From Chrysomallon squamiferum (lineage: Eukaryota > Animalia > Mollusca): a stretch of 64,000 nt of DNA. The stretch covers positions 19,096,001 to 19,160,000 of the forward strand of contig CM022678.1 in assembly GCA_012295275.1 (NCBI GenBank), written 5' to 3'. The notes below the pieces were generated by a model that saw nothing but the letters and a program-made list of their open reading frames with translations, did not search any database and was not told the origin of the DNA. The stretch's first letter is position 1. Each line of letters starts with the position of its first letter. Position numbers and translations under genes: made by a program. Below are positions 1 to 14,451 of the stretch, piece after piece.

Positions 1-440
1 TTTCACATTTTATTGTACCGATTCTTGGAATTTCAATAAGGAAAGTAGACATCTGATATACATATTATTTGACTGAAAAGGTAAAGCTATCGTAGTTTTT
101 GACTGTTCGTTTGAGAGTAAGGAACATCCAGCGATAACGTGTAAGTTTGATTTAGCATTTGTTATTACTGTATATTTAAGTAATATTTCATTCATTACTT
201 CTGCATTAAAATATAAAATTCATTCATGAATTATCTAGTGATATATCTAAGCTAACCACAAACAAACGGGAAGCAGATAACACAAAACATTAAACCAAAT
301 TTCATCTTAGTTCAGAAATAACAGGAGCACGTAAATCAATGCGAATGTTTACTGAAACCAGTAGGATTTTGATGCCCTAATTGAAATTAAGATTTACTGA
401 AGCCTGAGAGAACAATATTTTTATTAGTAGTATTATTATT
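1..440. repeat. Near-identical direct duplication of 1314-1755
   Basis: Both segments begin tttcacattttattgtaccgattcttgg. The spurious ORFs 10..195 and 1322..1507 differ by one residue; offset ~1312. Confidence 0.9.
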
Positions 441-449
441 TTATTATAA

Positions 450-1630
<1,181 letters not shown>

Positions 1631-2158
1631 TAACAGGAGCACGTAAATCGATGCGAATGTTTACTGAAACCAGTAGGATTTTGATGCCCTAATTGAAATT
1701 AAGATTTACTGAAGCCTGAGAGAACAATATTTTTATTAGTAGTATTATTATTTTATTATTTTATTTTTATACAATTAAAATCTAGACACAGGTAATTTCG
1801 TTGATTATTCTCTGAAGCAAACAAGAAACAGCTGTGCTCGTGTAAAAAGAAAAAGAAAAAATCCTACTAACAACTGTTTAATAAATATTTCTCATACCTT
1901 ACGGGTCTCTTTACTCGCTATAGTTATCGAATACACCCATTTCTCTCTCTATGCTCTTATACATAGGCTGATAAGGGCGATATGTTTACCTCATGCAGGC
2001 TGATAAAGAAGAACTGCTGGAAGTGCTGGATAATTTAGTTTCAAACTAGAAATACTTTATTTATTTATTTACTTATTTACGTATGTATCTTATATTAAAA
2101 AAAATGTTCTTTTTCTCATTGATTATTGTTATTATTATTACTATTATTATTATTTTTA

Positions 2159-2240
<82 letters not shown>

Positions 2241-2372
2241 TTTATTTACTTACTTATTTTATTTTTATTTATTCCTGGGTTTTTGAAAACAATTATATTA
2301 CGTTCAAGAGAAAAGTACAGTGGAGCCAAAAAACAATATTAACAAAATATTTTGTGACTTTCTTTTAGGATA

Positions 2373-2436
2373 ATGGCTGCGAAACCAGAGCAAAGCCCAA
2401 CGACATTAGAGAAAGATTTTGGAAGGATCAAAATTG
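2373..2436 (+). CDS. Copy 1, first coding micro-exon (MAAKPEQSPTTLEKDFGRIKI + 1 nt)
   Basis: Acceptor ttttag|GATAATG upstream. The exon is 64 nt (21 codons + 1) and ends at donor GTGAGA (2437). The phase-1 join to the acceptor at 2941-2942 restores the frame of the 2975..5068 ORF. A homologous exon precedes every full-length paralog. Confidence 0.85.
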
Positions 2437-2548
2437 GTGAGAAATACCAGCTACAATCACAATAAAATATTTGTATTATGTTGTATCACACCTTCAGCTG
2501 ACTCTCTTCTGCTTACTTTTATAAATACGACACAAACACATTTATATA

Positions 2549-2805
<257 letters not shown>

Positions 2806-2942
2806 ACATTTTCTGATTAATTATCATTAATTTAAAAAAGAAGAACCAAAAGCAAAAAATTACACTTCATCTTTTAAGGAACACTCACTTTTCGATCCCT
2901 ATTTCTTCATCATCTTCGAATTGTTTTAATTTTATTTTTCAG

Positions 2943-5068
2943 CTTCAGATGAGGACATTTTCTTCGAAGGTAGATTGGAATCGTTTCCTCACTCCTTTCA
3001 TATTACAGATCTCATGTACTGCTCAAAACAGCATAGAGAAAAAATACTTAAAAAGGTGCAACGAGAACAAGAAGAAGAGAAAGGCAGTTTGATGGAAATG
3101 AATCGAGACGACAATTTTATTTCCTTCTTGCACTTTTTGCTAGGAGATACAGACTCGGCAATCCAGATAAACCTAAAAGTCTATCGTCGAGACCCTACTA
3201 ACATTGTAGCTCGTGCAAACCGTGTGCGTTTTCTGCAGAAAGTAGACGACCGTTCTGCTGAATCAGAATTAATCGAACTGGAAAACCTGGAGGGAGACCT
3301 TGACAGAATGCGTGCTGTAGCTGAAGCTGAACTTGCTTATTGCTATGCTCGAATATCACCAGCTTCTTATCCAAAGGCATTGGAGCTGTACAGAAAGGTG
3401 AATCAGAAATATCCAGAAGAATACCATTGGAAATTTGGAGAGGGTCTTACACTTAGACGATCTCTGACCGCTCAAAGCTACTCAATTCAGTCAGATGTGG
3501 GTGTCGTTGAATACGCTGTTAGAAGCTGTAAACTGCTACAAGAAGTCGGCAGTAAAGGGTCAGAACCACTGAATGCCATGGCGTATGCCGAGCTCGGGGA
3601 ATTAGCCAAGCGGCTTGAATTAAGATGGACACCATTTGAAGACACTGGGCTCGTAGAAGCGGTGCAACAACAAACTGAGCTGCTTTCGCGCGAGGAATAT
3701 TTCGAGAAAGCTCTTGATTTAGGCAAACACGTCCCCTTTGTACTTGCAAGCTGCGGTAAGCATTTCCTAAACACAAAGCAGCTGGATAAAGCTGAGAAAC
3801 GGTTAGAAGAGTCAGTCAGGCTTCTGCCAACAGGCAATGCTCTTCATCACCTGGGAAAAGTTCTTCTGAGAAAATCGAAAAATGAAACGAACAGGACAAC
3901 ATTTCAGCGTGCGATAGAAACTTTAAAACAGGCCGTTGAAATCACACACGGCGAAAACCATCCTGCAGCACTTGACTTGGCTTTAGCTTATATGAGTAAA
4001 AGACGGTATGAAGATGCTGAAATGGTTCTAAGAAATATAATAGAAAGTCCGGAAAATCCTACCAGTCCGTTCTATAAATTTTCTGCTTTGGAGAAAATGA
4101 GTATTATCTGTTTGGAGAAACAAAAAAATTGGAGACTTTCTTCAGATGAACAGGCTCGGCTGAGGAATGAAGAAATGAATTACAAAATTCTTGCTATAGA
4201 AGTTTCTGCGCCAGAAGTGCTGTATAAATATCGCACTCATTTTAGAACAGTAACTGATTTGCTGAAGGAAAGAAATCGTCCACGTGGAGTAGAAATACCG
4301 TGGGAAGTTAAAAATGTCTACGGCATGATCAGTGAATTCACCCATTCTCTTCCGATTTATGAGAAGATTCAAAATCGAAATCTGGGACTAGAAGACTGGA
4401 TTGGAATTACAGAGGAATATCTTGATGAACAAAAGTACGAAAATGCCAGACTGTGTGTAAGTCTGCTGATGGGTACGCTACAAGCTGATGACATTCCTTC
4501 CTCTCTCGTCAATAGAGTTTATCTGAAAACAGCAGAGCAGATTTTATCAAGAGGCGAGTCAGAGATTAAAGCTTGGTTTTGTTTCAGAAGGATTTTTACG
4601 TTCTATTACAAAACTAACAAAGAAGATGAAATAAACGGTGCTGATATCATGCTTCTCCATGACAAAGACGACTGGAAATCATCTCAGGTTTCAATGAAGA
4701 TTCAGGAAATTCTGGAAAACTATGCAGGTCTTGAAGTCACGAGAAATGATGAGCTGGCGTTTAATTCAGTGGATGAAGTGTTTTCTTATAGACAATTAAT
4801 GCCTCGTATTCGATGCATTCTTGTTGTTGTTAATTCCGATACGCCAAATACACATTGGAAACAAATAATTGAATTGGCAATAGCCACTGCTTCCAAAAGT
4901 GAAAAGATGATGGTTGTATGCTTGAAATCAGGAGAGACTCACCAAGTCACTGAACTGAATGATTTCAAAACAGGAAAAACTCCACCAGACGAAGCAGACG
5001 ACAAAGCTGCAGTGGACTGGCTGCTGGAAACTTTTCCACTTCTTGTTAATGCTGACGTTAATTTGTAA
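2943..5068 (+). CDS. Copy 1, main exon: IFIT/TTC22-like TPR protein with C-terminal TIR-like domain (~729 aa spliced), apparently intact
   Basis: Polypyrimidine tract + AG at 2941-2942 and an open frame to TAA at 5066-5068. TPR-type helices: AELAYCYARISPASYPKALELYRKV, FVLASCGKHFLNTKQLDKAEKRLEESV, ALHHLGKVLL, AALDLALAYMSKRRYEDAEMVLRNII. C-terminal pattern DIMLLH...LENYAGLEV..ND...RCILVVVN...HWKQIIELA...KMMVVCL. The ORF is certain; the family call is by eye. Confidence 0.85.
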
Positions 5069-7731
5069 AAAAGAACTCATAACTCTATAACATGTAAGAA
5101 GAATGTCTGATTTCTAATTGTTAATCTTTATAAACCAATGTAGTAGCTGAAGTAGTTGTAGTAGTAGTAGTTGTTGTTGTTGTTCTAGTAGTAATAGTAG
5201 TAGTAGTTACATTAGTAGTAGTAATAATAATGACACATCCATATATATGTATGTGTTTACAAATATGATATTGCTACTCATGAATGACTTAATCACAGCT
5301 ATAGCAGATGATGGATGTAACGATGTAGTCACTGTTGTAATAAAATGTAGTTTTAGAATGTCTGAATTTTGTTTTTGTTAAACTGATGAAATATTTTAAC
5401 ATTTTGTTTATTTCTGTGTGTGCGGAGTTGTCAAACGAATTAAATAAACTTGACAGACTGATGATGGTCATCTTGCAATATTAAATGGTAGTTAGTGTCC
5501 TTGCTTGCCCTTTATTTTTATAAATAATTATTATTAGCTATCTATAAATCTGTCGCATTGCATTTTTCCATCTTTATCAAACAGCAGCAACAATAATCAG
5601 GTGTTTATCTGCTTATACTAGTATTTAGAAATAATGCTTCTATTTGACTGTAACGTTATTGATATTTCTATTGGGTGTTACTTTATCTACACGTGTATTT
5701 GAAACATTCATAGTCCAGTTGCATGATAGAGAACACAGAATGTCTCTTCATATGCAGATATTGTACGTGCAATGAAAATAAAATCTCATAATCTCAAATA
5801 TTGATTTCCTGAGGATTGACCATTTACTTAATTTGACTAGGGTATATACTAAGAAATCATACAATAAATATTAAAATCAAAACAAAATAAGACAAAAACA
5901 ATAAAAAAGTAAGGATAAGAAGAGGACACTTTGATAGGACACAAATCGACGATCTGCACGCACCAATCGACGATCTGCACGCACAGAAAGGGAGATAACT
6001 TAGAAGTTATACACATAAATGTACATAAAACAAATTGCATTACACAAGTTTGCTACGGGCAACGTGGCAATATCTTTAACCTATCGAATTAATTCAACTA
6101 TTAACACATATAAAAACAGAAACAAATAAATAAATAATCGGATATAACAATAAGTAAATAGCCGACATTAATTTAATAAATAAACAGTACATTTGGAAAT
6201 ATCTTTCAGCATTTAGCTAATAAAGGATTTTTACCGAAGTTAATAGAAATTATTTATACCTCTCTAGTGTATAACAAATACGTTCACAGAATTTAATCGT
6301 AAAGCTTTACTGTCAAGAGAAATACTGTTTCAAATGATTATTGATATATCGATCTCGAAACATCTCGAAACAAAGCATAGTGTTTGTGCCAGGTACGGAT
6401 AATGGTTTCATGGTGAACTACTTAACACTGAGTGATCACGTGAAGAACTTAACACAGCAGTGTGTTCTGTTATCAGGTCGACTCGACATGTCGATAATAG
6501 AATGTCTCCATACCGACAAGACTGGTCGGGCTAAGTGAATACAAAAGAAGAAAGACTTTACCAAGTTAAATAAGTAAACACAGATAAGATAAGAGTAAAT
6601 TATAAAGTTCTTTATTTGCCTCTTTGGTTTCATCTGAGAATACAACAGATTTATAATTTTAATGTCGCCTGACATATCCTGGCAAATAAACAAAGGTGTA
6701 CATTGTACGTGAATGTAGATAAGATTGATTTTTGTTTTTATTTAGAATTTAACTTCTCAGAGAGTCAGCGCTACATTTAGATGTACCCGGACCTAAACAC
6801 TTCAAGTCTTGGAAGCCATGTTTGACATGAAATGAAATACATAGGAGAGGATTAGAAAACATATTAAAATATTCATAATTTGTCCACAACAGAAGAAGAT
6901 AACGACGCAAGTATTTTTCATGGAAACTACCTCTTGAAGCTGAAATTACAAAAATGTCGATATTATGATCCACGTTTCATTTCCATATTAACAACGAATA
7001 AACAGCCTGCCTCCTTCCAAATAACTCATTCATGAGTAGCAATATCATATTTGTAAACACATACATATATAAGGATGTAAATTCATTACTGTGTTTATAC
7101 TGTTGCCATGCGATAATGTTGTAACAGTATTTTTTTTTAACAAAAACATTGCTTATAGGGCTTTTATTTGAGTTGTTGTTGTTGTTGTTGTTATTATTAT
7201 TCATCTTCTTATTGTTATTATTGTTTTGTTGTTGTTGTTGTTGTTATTATTATTATTACTGCTGGTGTTGTTGTTTTTGTTGTTGCTGTTGTTTTTGTTG
7301 TTACTTTTAGCCGTGGTAAACCTCCGTGCAACTGAAAACCACGCAATAATCCACCCCTGAAACAAAATTTGAACAAAGAACATACTTCATACAGAGAGAC
7401 GGTGGACCTTTAATTTGACCTGAATAAGAACAAATCCAACAGTTTATTCAAGTAGTCACAAATACCAAGTGTTTATCTTATTCTTTTTCCAACTGCACAA
7501 AAATTAGTCATATGTACTTACAATTTATTTAATCACGTTCGCGAAACAGCTAAATCTAATAAGCATACAAAGTTACCATTCAACTATAAATGTACATGGT
7601 CAGTGCATTGATATGCACTATTATAAAAATGTCCAAACGAAAAAACACATTCAAAATTATGCTTGGGATATAAGAAAGAAATTTACAAAATTGTATCCTA
7701 ACGTTTGTTGACACCAGTAAAAATTGGATGG

Positions 7732-7816
<85 letters not shown>

Positions 7817-7955
7817 GAAAGAACAAGATTAGGAACGCCTTGTGATCAGATTGAACTCGATTTCCAAATAAACATATAAATATGTATGTATGTATGTATG
7901 TATGTAAGTGTGTGTGTAGAAATATATATATGAATATATATATGTATGTATGTAT

Positions 7956-8053
<98 letters not shown>

Positions 8054-8377
8054 TATATATATATATGAGTTTGTATATATATAGATAGATAGATAGAAAG
8101 ATAGATGTATATATCTATACACAGAATATATAATATATTGAATTCAGGTAGTCAGTATTTTATTCTAATAGCAGTTTGATAATAAAATGGACTGTGTCCT
8201 GGCGTGCACAGAGGTAAAACGAGGAGGTGTGGTCAGGAATGTGTTTAGATTGTTGTCAGGCGACAATGTCATGACGTTACCGTATCGGGTGATATCCCTT
8301 GTAGAAGAGATTTCACATTGATTACCTAGTTTGACTGTACCAGTTCTTGGAATTTCAATAACGAAAGTAGTCGGCTG

Positions 8378-8473
<96 letters not shown>

Positions 8474-8692
8474 TACACCTGGAAATGACTAAGGCGTGGT
8501 TTCTCTATGATTAATCATTTTTACTAAATAACTAAATTTCGTACACAATAATATTTGCATTAAAGTATATATCTGCTTAGCAAATTACATTTTGATATAT
8601 AACAGTTATAAGGAATTATATTAATCAAACACATAAGAAGGAAATAACACAAGACGTGAAATAAAGCTTACCAAAGTAAAGATAAAAACTTA

Positions 8693-8806
<114 letters not shown>

Positions 8807-9690
8807 AAGAAATAATAATAATCAATAGAAATAAAATTAGGAAGGCCTAGAGATCAGACTCGTCTCGATTTCCACATGAATATATAATTTTTTTCAAATA
8901 CTTAATAATTAAATTTTAATATTAAAATCTTCACAGATTCTGTCACAAGAACTCAGTATTTTATTGTAGTAGTAGTTCAATAATAAAATGAACTATGTCC
9001 GGGCACGATACAGTATAAAGTACAGAGATATGACAAGGAGGTGTGGCCATGAATGTGTTTATATTGTTGTCATGCCGCAAGTTCGTAATATTACCTTATT
9101 AGGTGACATCCCTTATATAGCTTTCACATCAACTATCTTGTTTTATTGTACCGATTCTTGGAATTTCAATAAGGAAAGTAGACACCTGATTACATATATA
9201 TATATATGTATGTATGAAAAGGTGAAACTATCATAGTTTTTGACTGTTCGTTTGAGAGTAAGGAACATCCAGCGATAACGTGTAATTTTGATTTAGCATT
9301 TGTTATTACTGTATATTTAAGTAATATTTCATACATTACTTGTGCATTAAAATATAAAATTCATTCATGAATTATCTAGTGATATATCTAAGCTAAGCAC
9401 AAACAGACGAGAAGCAGATAACACAACACATTAAACCAAATTTCATCTTAGTTCAGAAATAATAGCTGATATCTCTCATATTTTTAATTCATATAGGCTG
9501 ATAAAAGTCAATAACATGTAAAACTCTTAAGAGTGCTGCAGTTGTTAGATTAAAACATAGAAATATAGGTTATGTATAAGCTAGGAATTAATTCATGAGA
9601 ACGAAACTTAAAGGAACTAAAACGGTCGAAACACTAGTTTATTTTTTTTTTCTTCAGTAGACATCACAATTCTAAATGCATGCACTGATC

Positions 9691-9726
<36 letters not shown>

Positions 9727-10199
9727 TTTTATTGTTATAATTGCACGAGCTATAGTCATGTGTGTTATCACTTTGTTTAATCCGTTCGCGAACACTAACA
9801 GTATATATATATATACATATATATAAATAAAATAGGTATTTCATATTACATTAATCTATCCTGTATTTAGACGAATGTCTAACTTATTTTTCCAATTTCA
9901 CTAAAATTACTAATGGGTGTTTCCAGTCACATTCGCTAAATAGCTAAATTTCGTCGAAAATACTATTTGAATTAGCTTTAACATATAAATAAGTTTGACG
10001 AGTAGGCTAGTGAAAAGAACTGAAAAGGTTTTTAGAGTAAAACCGGACTAAATTGTCTCTTTCGGGACCAAGATTTTTCTGAAGACTTAGAGATATGACG
10101 AGTAATGGTAAGTCGTCATAATGGAAACTTACACTTAACTCGTCACAACGACTACGTTTAAATGTCGGTCGGCAAAATGACGACTTGTCCTAGCGTGTT

Positions 10200-10710
10200 C
10201 TGTGAAGCAGTCAAGTTAATCCTTCATCGGTGTCATTATAATGTCCTGTCGTTCGTGTCTCTGGAGAATGTCCTTGAGTTACTCTGTTTTCCATTCTTCA
10301 ACTACTGCTGTATTAACATCGCTAGATTCACCCGCTTTCAGCACTTTTCCAACTGTCTTTCAGTTTCTCACCATCCTCGCGCTTTGTGAAGTATCATTTC
10401 TCCATTGATGCAAATTTCAGGTCTAGCAGACATTTGTTGAAACCACATAGTTAGCGCGGAGTCGACTACTTGGAACGTGACGTGCTTGATGCGTTTCATC
10501 CCGCCTTTTCTTGACTCGGGCCTCTCACACTTCTCGCTGATGTAGATCACTTTAGATTTGTTCTTCAAAATGTCGTTTATTGCTATGCGGGTAATCATGA
10601 ATCTCTACGCCGTCTGACATTTTTTCTCGATAGGATTGGCTTCACAGTACTTAATTATTTCATACTTCTTATAAGAATTGATTATTAGCCGTATCTTACC
10701 GCTAGTCATC
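10200..10710 (-). mobile_element. Degenerate Tigger/pogo-family DNA transposase relic (CENP-B-like HTH domains and start of the DDE domain)
   Basis: ORFs 10605..10793 and 10368..10598 share a frame across a stop: KKYEIIKYCEANP...*RFMITRIAINDILKNKSKV...KRIKHVTFQVVDSALTMWFQQMSARPEICINGEMILHKA. A downstream fragment reads GESSDVNTAVVEEWKTE*LKDILQRHERQDI followed by a frameshifted DE-GL (cf. DIFNADETGL). A TIR-like end, ta-gagtaaaaccggactaa, lies at ~10032-10050. Confidence 0.85.
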
Positions 10711-10876
10711 ATTTTGTATACTAAAAAATTCACTGTCGTGAGCGCCTCTTCCCAAAGTAATATGTTAATTGAACGCACCCACACACGAGGCAAGTCACGT
10801 ACAGATCAATATCCTCAACGCACAGCGCATGTCTACATCGATGACATTAGCTTGACACAGCGGCTAAATTGTGTGT

Positions 10877-11020
10877 AATGATTTTTCCAAGAAACGCATT
10901 AATGATTTTTGTTCAAAACGCATTATTGATTTTTCTACGAAACGCATTATTGATTTTTGTACAAAACGCATTAATGATTTTTCTACGAAACGCATTAATG
11001 ATTTTTCTACGAAACGCTCT
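10877..11020. repeat. Minisatellite, 6 x 24 bp (AATGATTTTTCTACGAAACGCATT)
   Basis: Six contiguous units with a few substitutions each and no spacers. Confidence 0.95.
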
Positions 11021-11799
11021 ATTCATTATTTCCTCTTATTAAACCGAGAAAGTGAAGTAGAAATTTTACCCGTTTAATTAACACTGACAGTCAGATTTTT
11101 AGTGAGGAAGATCCAGACAGAACGTGTAAGTTTTGTTAAAGATTTGTTATTCCGATCATATACTTTTTAGTTAGCTAATATTTTATTCATTACTTGTCCA
11201 TTAAATTATAACTTTGATTCACGAATCGTTTATTGATATAGAAGAGGTATAACTATGAGGAACTGCAATATACAAATATATAAGAAGGAAACAAAACACA
11301 AATTGATGGGAAAACTTTTTGGAAGAAGTAAGATTTTGATGCCTAATGAAAAGTACTATTTAGGTAATCAAATATTGTTTTTTCCTTTTTGATGCTTGTC
11401 ATTTCGTTAATTAGTCTGTGAATAATATAGGCAGATCCACTTCCACAACAATATAATAAAAAGAAGAAAAGAGAAGAAACTGCTCTATAAATATTTATTA
11501 TATGTCTTGCATACTCGCTATCATTATTGCATATTTCAGACATCGTTTCTGTTTCTATATTATTAAACATCTGCTGATAATGGTCAATATTGTTAGTTCA
11601 TAGTGGCTTATGCAATTAAATATGACTGTAGAACTGCTAGAAGTCGCAGTGTGATCAGATGAAAAGAAGAATTTATTTATTAATTAATTTATTTATTTAT
11701 TTTATTATAACATTCTTAAAAAATAAAATTATTTCAATTTCTTACTCTTTGTTCTCCTGTCATTTTAAATTTCTATTTATTACTATTGTGTCGTCTTTA

Positions 11800-12110
11800 A
11801 ACTCTGATGTTCAATACAGATAGAAAACAAGGTTAGCAAAAGATTTCATAACTTTTCGAAAAAGGAGCAACGCACAACGTCGTTAAAGATTGGTGGTGAG
11901 AAATATTAATTGGAATTTGTTTTGTATCATTACACCTTGATGTGACTTTCTTCTGCTTACTTTTATAAACACGTTATTCTCTCTCTCACACATGTATGTA
12001 AATAAACACACACACACACAGACACACACACATACACACTTTTAGAAAAATAGATAGAGAAACATTCAGTAATAAAAGCATTTTATTAGTGTAAATCTTC
12101 AGTATAAAAC
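11800..12110 (+). pseudogene. Orphan degenerate first exon and intron start of the family; main exon absent
   Basis: gagcaacgcacaacgtcgttaaagattggtggtgagaaatattaat matches the copy 2/3 exon 1 and donor, with the ATG region and an internal part deleted. The following ttacttttataaacacgttattctctct matches their intron. Confidence 0.75.
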
Positions 12111-14380
12111 ATATGTTGAACGTTAATTTCTCTTGCTTAGATGAAGCTCTATTTCAGCATGCATTATAATAACTTTTCTTAAATATAACTGATAAATGAG
12201 TAATAAATATTGGCGACAAAATAATTTGCTTTTCATTTAATTTTGAATGAGCTGCAAACAACAACAATATATATATATTTTAATTTTTATATATATTTAA
12301 CATAGAAATTAAAATTAAAATAAAATAAATAGAAATAATCCCTCTAATTTAAATAACTGTTACTGGTGTTCATATTTTTAGTAGAAACTTGAATTCAGGT
12401 TGCAACGGAACATCGAGATGTAATAAGAGTTACTGCCCTTCTCAAGTCCCAATATTTCTCACTGCATTTTTCTTTAAAATTCATTTCAGATTTACAGCTT
12501 GGTCAAACCAGATTTATCAAATAATAAGTGGGTGTATGTTTGTATATGCTAGTATTTAGAAATAATACTTCTAGTTGACTGTAACGTTATTGATTCATCT
12601 CATGCGTATTACTTTATCTACAGGTTTATTTCAAACATTCAGAGTTTAGTCTCATGATAGAGAACGCACACAATCTCTTAACATGCAGATTCTGTAAGTG
12701 CAATGAAAATATAAAATGTGATAATTTCATGTGTTTATTTCCTGAGGACTGAACAATTGCTTAATTTGGTTAAAGTATATACAAAGAGATTGTACAATAA
12801 ATAATAAAATAAAAATAAAATAAAACAAAAACAATTAAAAAAAAATAAAAGAGTAAAGATACCACAGGCTCAAAAGGAAAATGACAAAACATAAAATTAT
12901 AAACAATTATTTTTTAACACAAGTCAGAATTACTGAGATGTTGAATACGTAACAATGAATTTCGTTACGATAAGAAGAGTACACTTTGATAGGACGCACG
13001 TACTTTTCTGTTAGCCTCACCAATCCTCCATCTGCACGCACAGAAAGGGCCATAACTTAGAAGTTATACACATAAATGTACATAAAGCAAATTACATTAC
13101 ACAAGTTTGCTACGGGCAACGTGGCAACATTTTTAACCTATCCAATTAATTCAACTATTAATACATATAAAAACAGAAACAAATCGCATATAACAATAAG
13201 TAAATAGCCGACATTAATTTAATAAATAAACAGTACATTTGGAAATATCTTTCAGCATGTAGCTAATAAAAGATGTTTACCGATGTTAAATTAGTTATAC
13301 CTCTCTAGTGTATAAGAAATACGTTTACAGAATTTAATCGTAAAGCTTTACTGTGAAGAGAAATACTATGTGACACGATTACTCATATATCGATATCGAA
13401 ACAAGTAGTTAGCATACCTTTTGTGCCAGGTACGGTTAATGGTAAACTAATTAACACTGAGTGATCACGTGAAGTACTTAACACAGAAGTGTGTTCTGTC
13501 ATCAGGTCGACTCGACATGTCGATAATAGAATAATATACTGGAGCTGATTAGAAAATATATTTTAATCCTGTGCAAGCTATTCACAACGTATCCGCAAAA
13601 AGAAGACGCAAGTAGTTTTGAAGAAGATGATCTCTGGAAGCTGAAAGTACAAAAATGTCGATATTACGATCCACGTTTCATTTCCATATTAACAACGAAC
13701 AAACAGCCTGCATCCTTCCAAATAACCCATTCATGAGTTGTCATATCATATTTGTAAATGTACATATATAATAAGGACATGCGGTGATTACTGTGCTTAT
13801 AATTTTTGCCATGCGATAATGATATAACAGTATTGTTCTTATAAAATATTGCTTATATGGCTTTTACTGTTGTTGTTGTTGTTTTTGTTCCTGTTGTTGT
13901 TGTTGTTGTTGTTGTTATTTTTGTCCGTGGTAACTTACCGTGCAACTGAGAGCACCCCCACCCGCCGCATAATTCACCCCTGAAGCGTCATCTCGATAAC
14001 AAATCTCTTCATACAGAAAGTCGAGTGGACCTTTAGTTTGGCCTCGATAAGAAAAACACCAACAGTTTGTTTCAAGTATACACAGATACCCCATGTTTAT
14101 CTTCTTCTTTTTCCAACTGCACGAAAATTAGTCATGTGGTTTCGGTGTGTTCAATCACATTCGCCAAATATCTAAATCTAATAATCATACAAAGTTACCA
14201 TTAAACTATAAATATACATGGTCAATGCAGTGATGTGTACTATTGTAAAATGCACAAACGAAACAACACATTGAAAATTTTGCTTGACACATAAGAGAGA
14301 AATTTACGATATTGGAAAGGTTTGATGAGAACAGTAAGACTTGGATGGCATAAATATAATTTTCCTCAGTGCTGGAATTC

Positions 14381-14451
<71 letters not shown>

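Noticed and set aside
3198-4372. Recurrent antisense ORFs inside each paralog (e.g. 3487..3837, 28213..28500, 43212..43499, 50505..50792)
   Set aside because: They are shadows of the conserved sense CDS; the starts are mostly non-ATG and the boundaries vary.
10877-11020. Short repeat array as a possible CRISPR
   Set aside because: Units are contiguous with no unique spacers, there are no cas genes, and the context is eukaryotic.
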